The notes below the pieces were generated by a model, which saw only the letters and a program-made list of their open reading frames with translations, searched no databases and was not told the origin of the DNA. From the NCBI GenBank assembly GCA_013265495.1, contig MU058198.1, positions 3,050,419-3,114,418 of the forward strand: DNA of 64,000 nucleotides. Reading direction: 5' to 3'. Below, piece by piece: positions 24,459-36,400 of this stretch; within the stretch, counting starts at the first letter, position 1; the number at the start of each line of letters is the position of its first letter. The DNA comes from Vicugna vicugna (taxonomy: Eukaryota). Both the position numbers and the translations under genes were made by a program.

Positions 24459-27400
24459 GAAGAATAAACTCATCGACTCTTGCCAGTAACCCCATTTTAC
24501 AAATGGGGAAACTGAGACCCAGAAAGGCTAAATGGCTTGTGTAGGGTCACACATCCAGATCCAGAATGGGGAACCAGAACCCTGACAGCTTGGCCCTGGA
24601 GTTTCTATGCTCAATCATGATGCCGTGTGGCCTATGCACAGAGCATGGGGGGCAGAGAGTGGGGAGTGTTCACAGGGAGGCCAGGACCTTTCAGTACTGT
24701 GAAAATTAAAAGATGATGTTGTTATGTTTCCTGTAGCCAACTCCTGGGTCATTCTTCTGTATTCTTGGGGGTTGTCAAGGTAACAGTTCTGCCTCTTCCC
24801 TCCCAGCCCTGATTGGAGGAGAATCTGTGCACTGGGACAAATATGCTAGGTGGAGACAGAGCCTGTCCCCTGGGAAGACTCCCAGTTAGCAGTTATTTAC
24901 TTGTCTTCACTGTGGCTGGTTTATGGGAAGCACCTGACAGTCACCACTCCAGAAATGCTGGTTGGGGCAAAGTCATCAACACACCCCGAGAGCAAGCAGA
25001 CAGTTGTGGCAAAGGTGAAGGCACAGCAAGTCACACAACGGTGATACGGGAGCCTCTCTCCATTTACCTGAGCCAGTGGTCACACTGGAGAGGGCAAAGT
25101 GTAAAAGGCCTGATCTTCTTGGCCAAGGGGGCTGGGGTGATGGGCACAAGGCTGACACCTATGTGGATGGAAGCAGTGCAGGGAAGTGTCAGCTTTCTGC
25201 CAGAGGGGTTTCCCCCTTCCTGACTCCTTCCCGCCTTGGCAGGTACAGCGCCGTGCGAGACCTTCTAGCCGACTTGGAACAGGAGACCAGAGCAGCCTTG
25301 AAGACCCTGTATGGCTTTCCAGAGATTACATCTCGGAAACGTCGGGAGTCCGAGTCCTGGAGATCAGCCTCAGAGGGCAGTGGGTCGAAATTCCTCAACC
25401 TGGTCCCGCTGCTGGCCTTCAATCAGAGTGAGAGGAACAAGGCCAGGGACTTCATCACAGGGCGGAAGCGGAAAGTCAGCGGGAGCATCATTCACAAGGC
25501 ATCGGATGTCATGCACGGCCACGAGTCCAAGGAGGTGGTGGGATTCCAGCTGGTGAGATGCATGTCCTTACGGTTCTGGGGCATGGGATGGACTGGAGAT
25601 AGAGGGTCCAGGAAAGTTTCTCCTTTGCCATTAGTCCTATAGTCCCACAGGAAGAAACACACTCAGGGTAAATCAGCTACAAGCAATTGAAATGGACCCA
25701 GACAAGCTTAAGCAGAAAAAAATGTCTTAGAAGGTGACTGCAGGTCATGGAAGCCTCCCAAAGGACAGAAATTAGGGACGATCCAGGGATCCTGGTGGCA
25801 AGAAATGATGGACAGTCATTTCAGATGCTGCTACTGGATTAAATAAGCATCAAGTATTTTCAGTCATTTTGTTAATCCAACCATAAAGATGGATTGAAGT
25901 CCCATGTTGGGACTATCTGACTGACCAAGTTTGGGTCACTTAATGGCTCACAGAGAGTGGGGCATCTTGATGGACAGACTCAGCAGACTGTGTCCAAGGG
26001 GGAAAAGAAATTCGACCAAAGCAAAATTAGGGTGCAGACACTGGAAGGAAGAGAATAGATAACGCAATGTTCTCAGCAGTACTTGTTTTTGTGAGATGCT
26101 ATAGCCTGACTTCTCCTTCCTGGTCCCACTCGAGGAGCTCGAAAGAAGCAGCCAGTCCCAACGGAAAAATGAGTTCCATTGTCTTCCTAGCCACACTCAA
26201 CCATTACCCTCGTCTCCCTGCCCGCCACCTCTGCAGGGCAAGAGCTACTGATACCTTATCATCTTGGTTGCTGATTATGAGATCTCATGGCTCCAGTCAC
26301 AAACCAGCGGGAAAAATGACCCTTTCTCTAAATCACTGCATTTTTTAAAAGTCTTCCTGGGTCCTTACAGAAGATACCCACAAGGTTTTTCTTGATACCA
26401 AAGACATTCCTTTGATGTCTATCTTTTAGGAGAGTTTTCCAGCCCTGCATGATGAGAACATCTGGAATACACCACCATTTCCCTATAAAGCTCTCATTAT
26501 TATGTATTTCAAATGCTGGTCCTCCCAACTACCATATGAGGTAGAGAAGGATGGTATTCTGATCGACATTTTGTAGGGGGAATAATGGATGTGTCATGCC
26601 TTGCTCATGATCCTGCAGAGAGGTAATGGCAGAGTCTGGGCTAGAACCTAGATTTCTAGACTGTTGATCCAGTTGGAAATGGTGAGGACTGTGTGGGAAC
26701 TCAGTAGCAATAATTGGCTGAATCTGGATGTCTGGGGACCCTGAAGAAGCTGGTTTTGCTTCTCACCTAGTAGGGAGTCATGAGAGTGAGACTGTGTCCT
26801 TCCTCGCTCAGCCCCCTTTGGTCCTTGAAGCTTGAGGATGGTGTCCCATGCCCCAGAAGTGGAAGAAGCCCATCTTTGCCCCAGAGATGCCTCCTGTCCC
26901 TGAGCATTTAGTCTAGAGTCTCATCCTTACAGTCCTTCTGAAGGCCACTGGTAGGACCAATGGCTTCACCCTGGTGTCTCTTCTTATTTACAGTGTTCCA
27001 ATGACACATCCGACTGTGCCGTCTACACCTTCAGCTCGGGGGTCAATGCCATCCGGGAGTGGTACAAGCTACACTACATGAACATCATGGCACAGGTGTC
27101 TCTGGAGAAGAAAATCAACATGAGCTACTCTGCTGAGGAGCTGCTGGTTAACTGCTTCTTTGATGGCGTGTCCTGCGACGCCAGGTCAGTAGAGGAAGGC
27201 TGCTCTCTCAGCAACCAAGGACCGGCAGCTCTGAGCACCAGGCTTCTTGCATGCACCTGCAGCTCAGTTATAGGTGAACTCTGCCTTTTGGAAAATGGCT
27301 TATACGGGAGTTAGGCTCTGGAGTCAGTGAGGAAGGTGGACATGGCACAGAGTCAAAATATCTTTAAATTCACTAAATTACTCATAAAAACAGAGTAGTT

Positions 27401-30400
27401 GATGGTGTACACATATAACTTTGTATATTACTGTTAGACATACTAGTGAGAACCACTGATCTAGTACAAGGGAAGGAAGGAAGGAAGAAAGGAAAGGAGG
27501 GAGGGAGGAAGGAAGGAAGAAAGACAGGAAGGAGGGAAGGCAGGGAGAGGAAGGGAAGAAAAGTCTATGTTCATACATGTGAGCTTTCAGAACTGTCCAC
27601 CTTTAAGATAACACTCAGATTCCTGGTGGTGATTGGGCAGTCATGGGGCATTCTAAAGTGTGCCTGCTTAACTGAAGGGATTTCTTCATTCTTTTAAAAT
27701 ACCAAGCCTTTGTATATGCTAGTAGATCTTTTAATCCTTACAAAAACTGAGTGATTGGAACCATGTCTCCCTGAAGGTTGAGTTCTAAAGTCAGTGTAAG
27801 GGCACCCATGATGTGATTCCTTCTCAGGGATAATTTCTAGGAATTGGAATGGAAAATCTTCAAGTGTTGGATGAGAAATTCAAGAACAGAGGAATTTGGG
27901 GCAGGTTTATTGGCACAGGGAGTGCTAAGTCAGGATGGAGGCAGAGATGAGGGGATGAAGAGAACAGAAAGCAGAGAGCAGTTCTGCATCAGTGTGTGTC
28001 AGCTGAATGAGGGGCCTTGAGGGGCATTTATCAGAGGAAAGATGGAGAAAGTTAAGTCATGTTTAACATCCACTGTCCACAAAAGAGAGCTGGCCCTGTT
28101 AGCGCTGTCCAGCCAGACCGAGCTCAGGTGCCTGAGGGGAGTTCCCAGCACAGCCCTCTGTGACCCGTGTTCTTCTCCCATAGGAACTTCACACTTTTCC
28201 ATCATCCAATGTATGGGAATTGCTACACGTTCAACAACAGACAAAATGAGACCGTCCTCAGCACCTCCATGGGGGGCAGTGAATATGGTAAGGAACTTTG
28301 CACTGGGGAGATCCTGGGGTGCTCTAATCGTGAGCATGCTCACAGCAGGACAACTGGGGATGCTTTAAGCCTTCCAGAAATGTGGGTTCTCCCCACTTGG
28401 CCAGAAACTTGACACCACTTTTCCTCTTGCAGTGTTTCTATCAGCATCCATGTCAGCTCCTTCCTTCTTTATCAGAGTCTGTTTTCCTCTTTGACATCTC
28501 TTCTTTGCTTCTGAGGGAGCCAATGGGACATTCCTGGGGTTTCTTCTCCTGGGGAAACCAGTCTGGCTTAAGCTTGTAGCTGGAGTGAGTAATGCTGGAC
28601 AGGCAGCTTCCAGATGGACTTAAATCCGAACGTGCTGAACAGGAGATTAGGGAGGCAAACACACCTCTATCTTGATTAAAGTGACAGTTTCTGTATCCAG
28701 AACCGAGCTCTGCTGCTCACTATGTGACCCTGTGCCAGTGACTGGCCTTCATCTATTAAGTGGAAATAGTAATAGTATCGATGATACATGCTAATTGAGA
28801 AAGATGTAAGATATGAAAAGCACTTAGAATAAAACCTGACATGCACTGTCCTGGTTTAGTTGGGCTGCCAGAGCAAAATACGACAGACAGGTGGCTTAAA
28901 CAACAGACATTTATGTTTTTCACAGTTCTGGAGACAGGAAACTCATGATCAAGGTGCTGGCAAATTCAGTTTCCGGGTGAGGACTCTTGCTGGCTTGCAG
29001 TCAGCCACCTTCTCTCTGTGTCCTCACATGGCCTTCTGTGGCGTTCAGAGAGAGAGCTCTGGTGTCTCTTCCTCTTCTCATAAGGACACCAGTCCTGTGG
29101 GATTAGGGCCCACCCTTATGACCTCATTTAACCTTAATTACTTCCCTAAAGGCTGTATCTCTGCATACAATCACATTGGGTATTAGGACTTCAACATAGG
29201 AATGAGGTTGTGGGGGGGGAGGGCGGAGAGACCCACAGTTCAGCCCATAAGACACACTGAGCACACAATAAATGCTAGTTGTGGTTGTCATGAATATTAC
29301 GACCATTATGACCTCCAGTATTATTACTGCTACTTCTCTACTGCCATGACTTTTGCAGAGAAGGCAGGAACTCAGCAGAGTGGCCTGGCTTACCCGCAGA
29401 AGGGACCCTTGAAAGGTCCTAGGCAACTTGAACATGATTTGACATACAGATGTGCTCCCACAAGGAAAGGCCAGTTCTTGTCGTGGTGGAAAACCACAGT
29501 CGGTCTCCTCACCTTTGTTACTAAGCAAACTGTGTTCTTACCAGATCTGCAAGAAACCATAACTCAGGGTATACACATCAGTGGGAAGAAGTAATCTGGG
29601 AACTGGAAATGAAGCGTTACACAGTCAGGCCTGGCTCTGTGGCTTGTGCGCTGTGTGACCTTGAGCAAATCACTTCCCTACTCTGGGCTTTGATTCCTTT
29701 ATTTACAAACAGGAGGAGTCAGAATAATTCTCAAAGTTCTCTTCTTTCAGCTCCTGCTCATTTGCTCATTCATCTACGAAATGTTTATCGAGTATCTTCT
29801 GCATGCCAGGCCCTCTTTCAAGTCTTAGGGACACAGCGGTGAACAAAACGGGTGCCATGTCTGCTTTCTGGGAACTTGCATTTTGGTGGAGAGACACAGA
29901 TAACAAATGAGCGAACAAGCACATAGACATTATCCAGGTAGCAATGCTCATGTGCGCTGTGAGCAGAACAAAGCAGCACAAAGGTAGAGAGAGTGGCTGG
30001 GGCCAAGATGGGAGGTACAGAGAGGCCCCTGTGAGGAGGGTTACTTAGACATGAGAAGACACGTGTTAAGGTCCACAGAAGTGCATTATGGGCACCAGCA
30101 TGTACAAAGAGCTCCAAGAAGGAAATGGAGGTGGTGTGCTCTAGAAACAGACAGAAGCCCAGAGTACTTGGAGCTTCTTGAGGGGCAGGGACAGTGAGAT
30201 GAGGAAGGAGGCATCGTCATCGCCCTGACAGCCACAGTCAGGTTTCTGGACTTTGTTGTATGGCACCCCCGGGTGTGCAGTGAGATACCACTGTAGGGTT
30301 TCAGGCAAAGGAGTGATCTGACCTAAGTTCCAATTTTAAAAGGTCCCTCTGGCTGTGAGGCATAGATTAGACCGCAGGGGCAAGAATGGGAGCGGGGAGA

Positions 30401-33400
30401 GAAGTCAGGCCGGTGATCAGATAAAGCCCCCACCTCGGGTTGAAGCAGTCACAGCTCTGCTCGTCCCTCTGGATGCTCAGCAGAACTCCCCATCTCAAAG
30501 AACCACACGGAGATTCCTATCTTGGGCAGGGGAGCGTTGTTCTCTATACTTAGCAAAACTGCAGCAGGGACACTTATATTTTGAGCCCTTGCTTTGGGCG
30601 AAGCCCTGAGGACAGAGCAGTGAACAAGTCAGGCACAGCTCCTCCCCTCACAGAGCTTCCAGCCTGCACCATCCACTTTTCTGTTGTGGGAAATGCCTGG
30701 GTCTTGGCTCTGAGATTCCCGAAGCAGTGGGAGAGGGAGGCTACCAGCGGGGAACGTGTTCCCAGCGTTTGACTGCTGCGGGCTGCCTTATCCTCCAGGG
30801 CTGCAGGTCATCTTGCACATAAACGAAGAGGAGTATAACCCCTTCCTGGTGTCCTCTACTGGAGCTAAGGTGATTGTCCATCGGCAGGATGAATACCCCT
30901 TCATCGAGGACGTGGGAACAGAGATTGAGACGGCCATGGCCACCTCCATAGGGATGCACCTGGTAAGAGAATATTCTGATTTCTGTAGGCTTGGCAAGGA
31001 CGACAGATTTTTTTTTTCAAGGCTGACCAGTGAGGTGCAGCTTATGGAAAAGGGTGTTGGTTTCAAAAGTAAATATGGTCTTATATTTTCCAATGTTTAC
31101 CCCAGTGGTCATTCTAGTGCTTACACTAAAGGCTGTCTTTGTACCTTCTGTATGGTTGAACAAGGACAGGATGCCATTTTGGATAAGATTTGAAGGGACT
31201 TTCCTTGTTTCAGAGACAGACATCAGTGTTTATGGAACCTGTGCTGGTAACAAGGCATCAGATGCTAACTGTGTCTTTGTCAGCAATATAACTAGAGCAG
31301 ATTAACACCTTTCTTTCTGCACCACCCAGAGGCCAGTGGGGCATGTAAACCACTATTTAAAGGCTACTGGAAATTCATTGGGCCATCAAAGATCTGTTAG
31401 TCCATCACGCTTTCATCAGTTTCACCCCATTTATTGAGAACCCCTTCTCTCTCTCGAGTCTTTGACTTTATCTGACTCACTCGGTGCTGAGAACACTCAC
31501 ACCTGTCAACAGAAGCACATCTGGGCTGCAGACTCCAATCCCTGAGTCAGCCATGCCCAGTGGAGGCAGAAGGGCACAGTGAAGAGTGTGCTCTGATGCC
31601 CTTGGCCATGCCACTGCTGATGTGGTTCTTTTGTTCGCAGGACAGGAGACTTTTTATGCCAGTCTCTTTCTCCCTCCCTCACTCTCTCACTCTCTCTCTC
31701 TCTCCCCCTCTGTCTAGTAGAATAACTATTAAGTACTTATTTAAAGGTGTACATGCACAAAGTAAAAATTCTGAACCATACCAGGGAGCCTACCATGGAG
31801 ATTTATCTTTCTTCTCTCCCTGGCCTCTGGTCCCCTTCTTCTTCTACATGGAGACCATCGCTGTTGCTTCTGTGTCTTGGCAGGGATCTTATGGTCTTTT
31901 TCAATCATATGTGTGTAGGTATAAGCATTTCTCCTTTTACGTGAATAAAAATACTGTTCTGCTCTATTTTCCATTTGACACTATAGCTTAGAAATAGTTC
32001 CATATCAATACACACAGATTCTGCCTCATTCTTCCTAAAGACTCATCATATTCCATTATGTGGATAAGTTATTCGTGTAATGCCCTGTTGACAGACTGAG
32101 GTTGTTTCCAGTTTCAACTAAAAGCATTGGTGCAATGCGATGTGTAGAACTTCCCAGAGTATGTATATGAGCCGAATTGCCCTCCAGTGAGGTTGTAGAA
32201 TTTTATAACCTCACCAGCAATACGTGAGAGTAGCTGTTTCCTCACGCTCTCGTTAACACGGCTAGTAACCAATCTTTACTCTTTGCTGATCTGTCAAGAG
32301 AAAAACTGTCTCTTATCATTTTAGTTGACAGTCGTTCTTAGTGGCATTTTTTTCACCTGTTTTGTGGAAGGGAAAAAAAAACTCCTTGTGGACTCCTTGT
32401 TCATGCCTTTGTTTGTATCCATCCTTCATGTTCCAAATTAAACTTAGCCTTCATCCCTCACAAATCTGTCCTCCAGAACAGTGAGTTCCAAACTTCATTG
32501 ATCAGTAGACTCAGATCTACTGAATCAGTATCTCTGAGAGATGAGCCTAAGGGTCTGTATTTTTACCAAACTCCAGCAGTCATTCCAAGAGGTAGCTCAA
32601 TGGAGGAATCTTAGCTTTAGAAACTTGAGTCATTCAGAATGAGAGGAGAAGAAACACATATCTTCCCAAGAGAAAGTAAAGCTAGAATTACCCAAAAGCT
32701 AGAGCACAGCCATGAATGATGGCTTCATAACGGGTTATAAAGTGATACGATCAGCCTTGGGGCCTGTGTATCCATCCGTTACCTATTCATTCAACAAGCA
32801 TTTGCAGAGCGACTCCTATGTCCTAGATACTGGGGCTCTATCAACGTGGAAGACACGTCCCTATCTTGTTGGAACTTAGGGTCTAGCAGAGAGCATCAAT
32901 GCAAACAAAAAATTACGCAGATGATTAATTATAATTGTCATAAGTGCTAAGAAGGAGAAATACAGGATGCATGAGAACATATCACAAGGACGCCTAACTG
33001 AGGGCTTTTATTGGGGAAAGTGGAGGGTTCAAGGATTGCTTTCCTGAGGAAGTGATTATAAGTTGAGACAGCAGAGGTGATGAAATGGAGAGGTGGTACT
33101 CCAGAGGAAATCTACAGCTTTGATGTCTCCCTGTGTCCCATCGAAGGGCAACCCTGGACAAGAGAAACCATCAGAATTGTCGTCTGGGAACCCAGGGACT
33201 CTAGGGGTGTGTCATTTAGGGGCCTTGTTCAATGTGGGGAGTTTGTTCCAACATGCAAACTATTGTGTACCAGCTTAGGCTGTGTGAGTGCTGATTGCCC
33301 AAGGGGGAAAAAAAGAAACAAACCTTGAGCTCCAACCTGCTCAAACTTCAGGGTATCACCTAAGGAGCTGGGTCTCTGATTCCTCTGTTCACTGGGAACT

Positions 33401-36400
33401 CCCAGATCAGAAGATTGATCAATTTGATCCAACATTTCCCATGCAGTTTTGTACCAGGAAGAAGGACCTGGAATTTATAGCACATCCTTTCATCCTCTCC
33501 TTCCCTCCTGCCTCTCCCAGTGTCTGTAGACTTAGAGCTTGGGAAGGTACAGGAACTAAGGAATTACCCTCTGGTTTGCTTCTCTGAGCTTAGAAATACT
33601 CATCGCATTGTTAAGCAAACGCTCTCTTTAGCAATGTGGGTAAACAAAGACATGGGTGGGTTTTCGGCTACACCTAATTTGAGACATACAAAATCAAAGC
33701 CACAGAGCAGGGTCAGTCAGCTCTAGTTATGATTTATGAGCATTCAAAACAACAGAAAACCAGGAATTACTGACAGGTCACCAGAGGGTCACTAAAAATA
33801 AGTCCAAACAAACTAGACTTCCTTCCTTTCTTATTTATTCTTTATTTAGTTATTTATTTACTTTTGATAGACATGTTAAACTGGTAGACTCAGTCAGTTG
33901 GTTAACAAATCTTCCTCCATTCATTGAGGGACCATGTCTCCAAAGCACTGGCTATTCAGAGATAGATACAACAGAACACCCTCTTTCAAAAATGTACCTT
34001 TAAAAGGAGAAGGTAACACACCTTTGTAATACAGATCCAACCTCTCTGGGAATGGGGACCTTCCCTGTCTTGTTCCCAGTCTCAGTTCTTAGAACATAGT
34101 AGATCCTTGGTAAATATTGTTGCATGGGTGGATGGATGGATGGGTAGATGGATGGATTGATGGATGGTTGGAAGCCTATGCAGAGGCTGTTGGTGAAGGC
34201 TTCGTCAAGAAGGCTGGTCCAGACAAAGGCATAGCAATCATAAAGGAGTCACAGAAAGGGTTTGACCCATGTAGTGAATCATTTTGAAAAGCCACTTTGG
34301 TGGAAGTGCAGTCAAGATACTGAAGGCAGCATGTTTACAGTAATGCTAGGAAGAAATGGTGAGGCTCCAGCTGAAGCAGTGGCTGTGGGGATGAGCAGAC
34401 GTGAATGGATTTGAGAGATATTACAATGTGGAAGCAATGGGGCTTGACAACTGAGGTCAGCCAGGAAAGGCCAGGGGAAGTTCAATTATCTTTAGATTCT
34501 GACTTGGGTAGTGGGGTGGATGGACATGCCAGGCTCAGAGTTAGGAATATAAGAGGAGGGGGAGGTTTAGGGGAGAAGATGACCACTTCAGGATGGAACT
34601 TATGGCTTTGGGAAATCAAGGTGAAAACATCCAGTCGAAAGATGCTATGTACCTGGAGCTCAGGAGAAAAACTGGGGGGTAGGGGAAGGATTTGCAATTA
34701 GTGTAATTCTACACTTAGAAATAAATGCCATTCAAGACCTGAGACAGAATGCAAATGTTTAAAGGCTGAGGAGAAAGAAAACGGAGAAATAGAGGCAGAG
34801 AAGCAACAGTAGAAGCCAGACAGGGTTGGTGTCAGATAAATGAAGGAAGAAAGTTTCAAGGAAGATATTAACTAGAGTGCCAAATGCAGGTGAAAGGTCA
34901 AGCAAGATAAAGGGCAAAAGCTGTTCTCTGGGTTTAGCAGCCAACAGGTCACCAGTTCTCTGCCAGAGCAGTTTTCAGTAGAAGGAGCAGAACAGAAACC
35001 AAAGTGCAATGGGTTGGATCATGAATGGGAGATGAGGAAGCAGGCATGGGCTGACGATTCACCCAGGAGAGTATGGACCCAGGCCCTGAGAGGGGCGAGA
35101 CTTCACTGTCATTGCAAACACTACTGTACATTTTTATCTTAGAGCACGCACACAGTTCTTTTCACAAGCTTATGTATAATAGGGATTAAGGGCTCAGATT
35201 TGGGAGCCAGACAACTGAGGTCCAAACCCCAGCTTTGCACTTTGGTTTTGTGATCGCTGTGTCTCAGGTTACCTCATCTGTAAAATGGGTGTGATAATAA
35301 TGTTACTTCTTAGGCTGGTGAGAGTTCAGTGGGTTGATTCATGTGAAGCACTGAAAACAGAGCTTGACGTATAATAAGTGCTCCAAAAATATCGGCTATT
35401 TTACATTTTTTTAAAGAAAAGAGATGTGAAGGGAAGGAAAAATAAGTTGGAAGCAAAACGAGGAGTGAAGGTAGGATTTTCTTGTCCTTTGTGACACCCC
35501 CCCTTTATAAGTGAGACATCAATTTCTTCCATATAATATAAAGAAAGAGTATGTATTATTTGCCGTACATATTTGCAAATATCTTTCCCAGTTTGTGCTT
35601 TCGTTTTAGTTTTCATCGTGCTACTTTTTCGCACGCAAAGCCATCAAATATTTACATAGTCAAAATCTTTGTTTTCCTCTTTAGTCATTCTGTTTATTGA
35701 GGATTTTTTCCCTCCTTTAGATCAGACATGAGCTGAGTTTCCTTCCAGTTATTTTATTATCTCATTTCATACTTTACTCCACTAGACTTTTTTTCCTGCA
35801 GGATGTGAAGTAGAGATAGAATGTATTACTTCCTCTAAATAGTTAACAGGTACTTCTAACTTCATATATTGAGCAATTCTTTTGTTCCTCCATTGAGTAG
35901 AAATGTAAGCGTTATCATACACAAATACTTTTATAATTTATTACAATATGAAAGCAGAACAAAAGGAAAAAGAGTTAAACTGCCTGTAATTCCATCTAGG
36001 GCCTCATTCTGACACCTGGGCTTTTCCCTGACACAGTTCATACCTTTAAAGAGGTGAGCTAAGAAGAGGGGAGGGTCGAGCTCAGTGATTGAGTGTGTGC
36101 TTAGCATGCACGAGGTCCTGGGTTCAATCCCCAGTACCTCCATTAAAATAAATAGATAAATAAACAAACCTAGTTACTCCCACCCCATCCCCCCCAAAAA
36201 AGAGGCACGCTGAAGACCCCAGAACAACTGCCATTCTTCCTTAGGATTCTCAAGGAAGCAAGTAGGACCTGGTTTGATCAAGATGAGTCCTGTTTCCCAC
36301 ACAGACACATGTGCATTCATACACTTAATCACAACTACATATAACTATGCGTGCACGCACACCACACACGTATCCCTCTAACTTGCACACACACATATAT

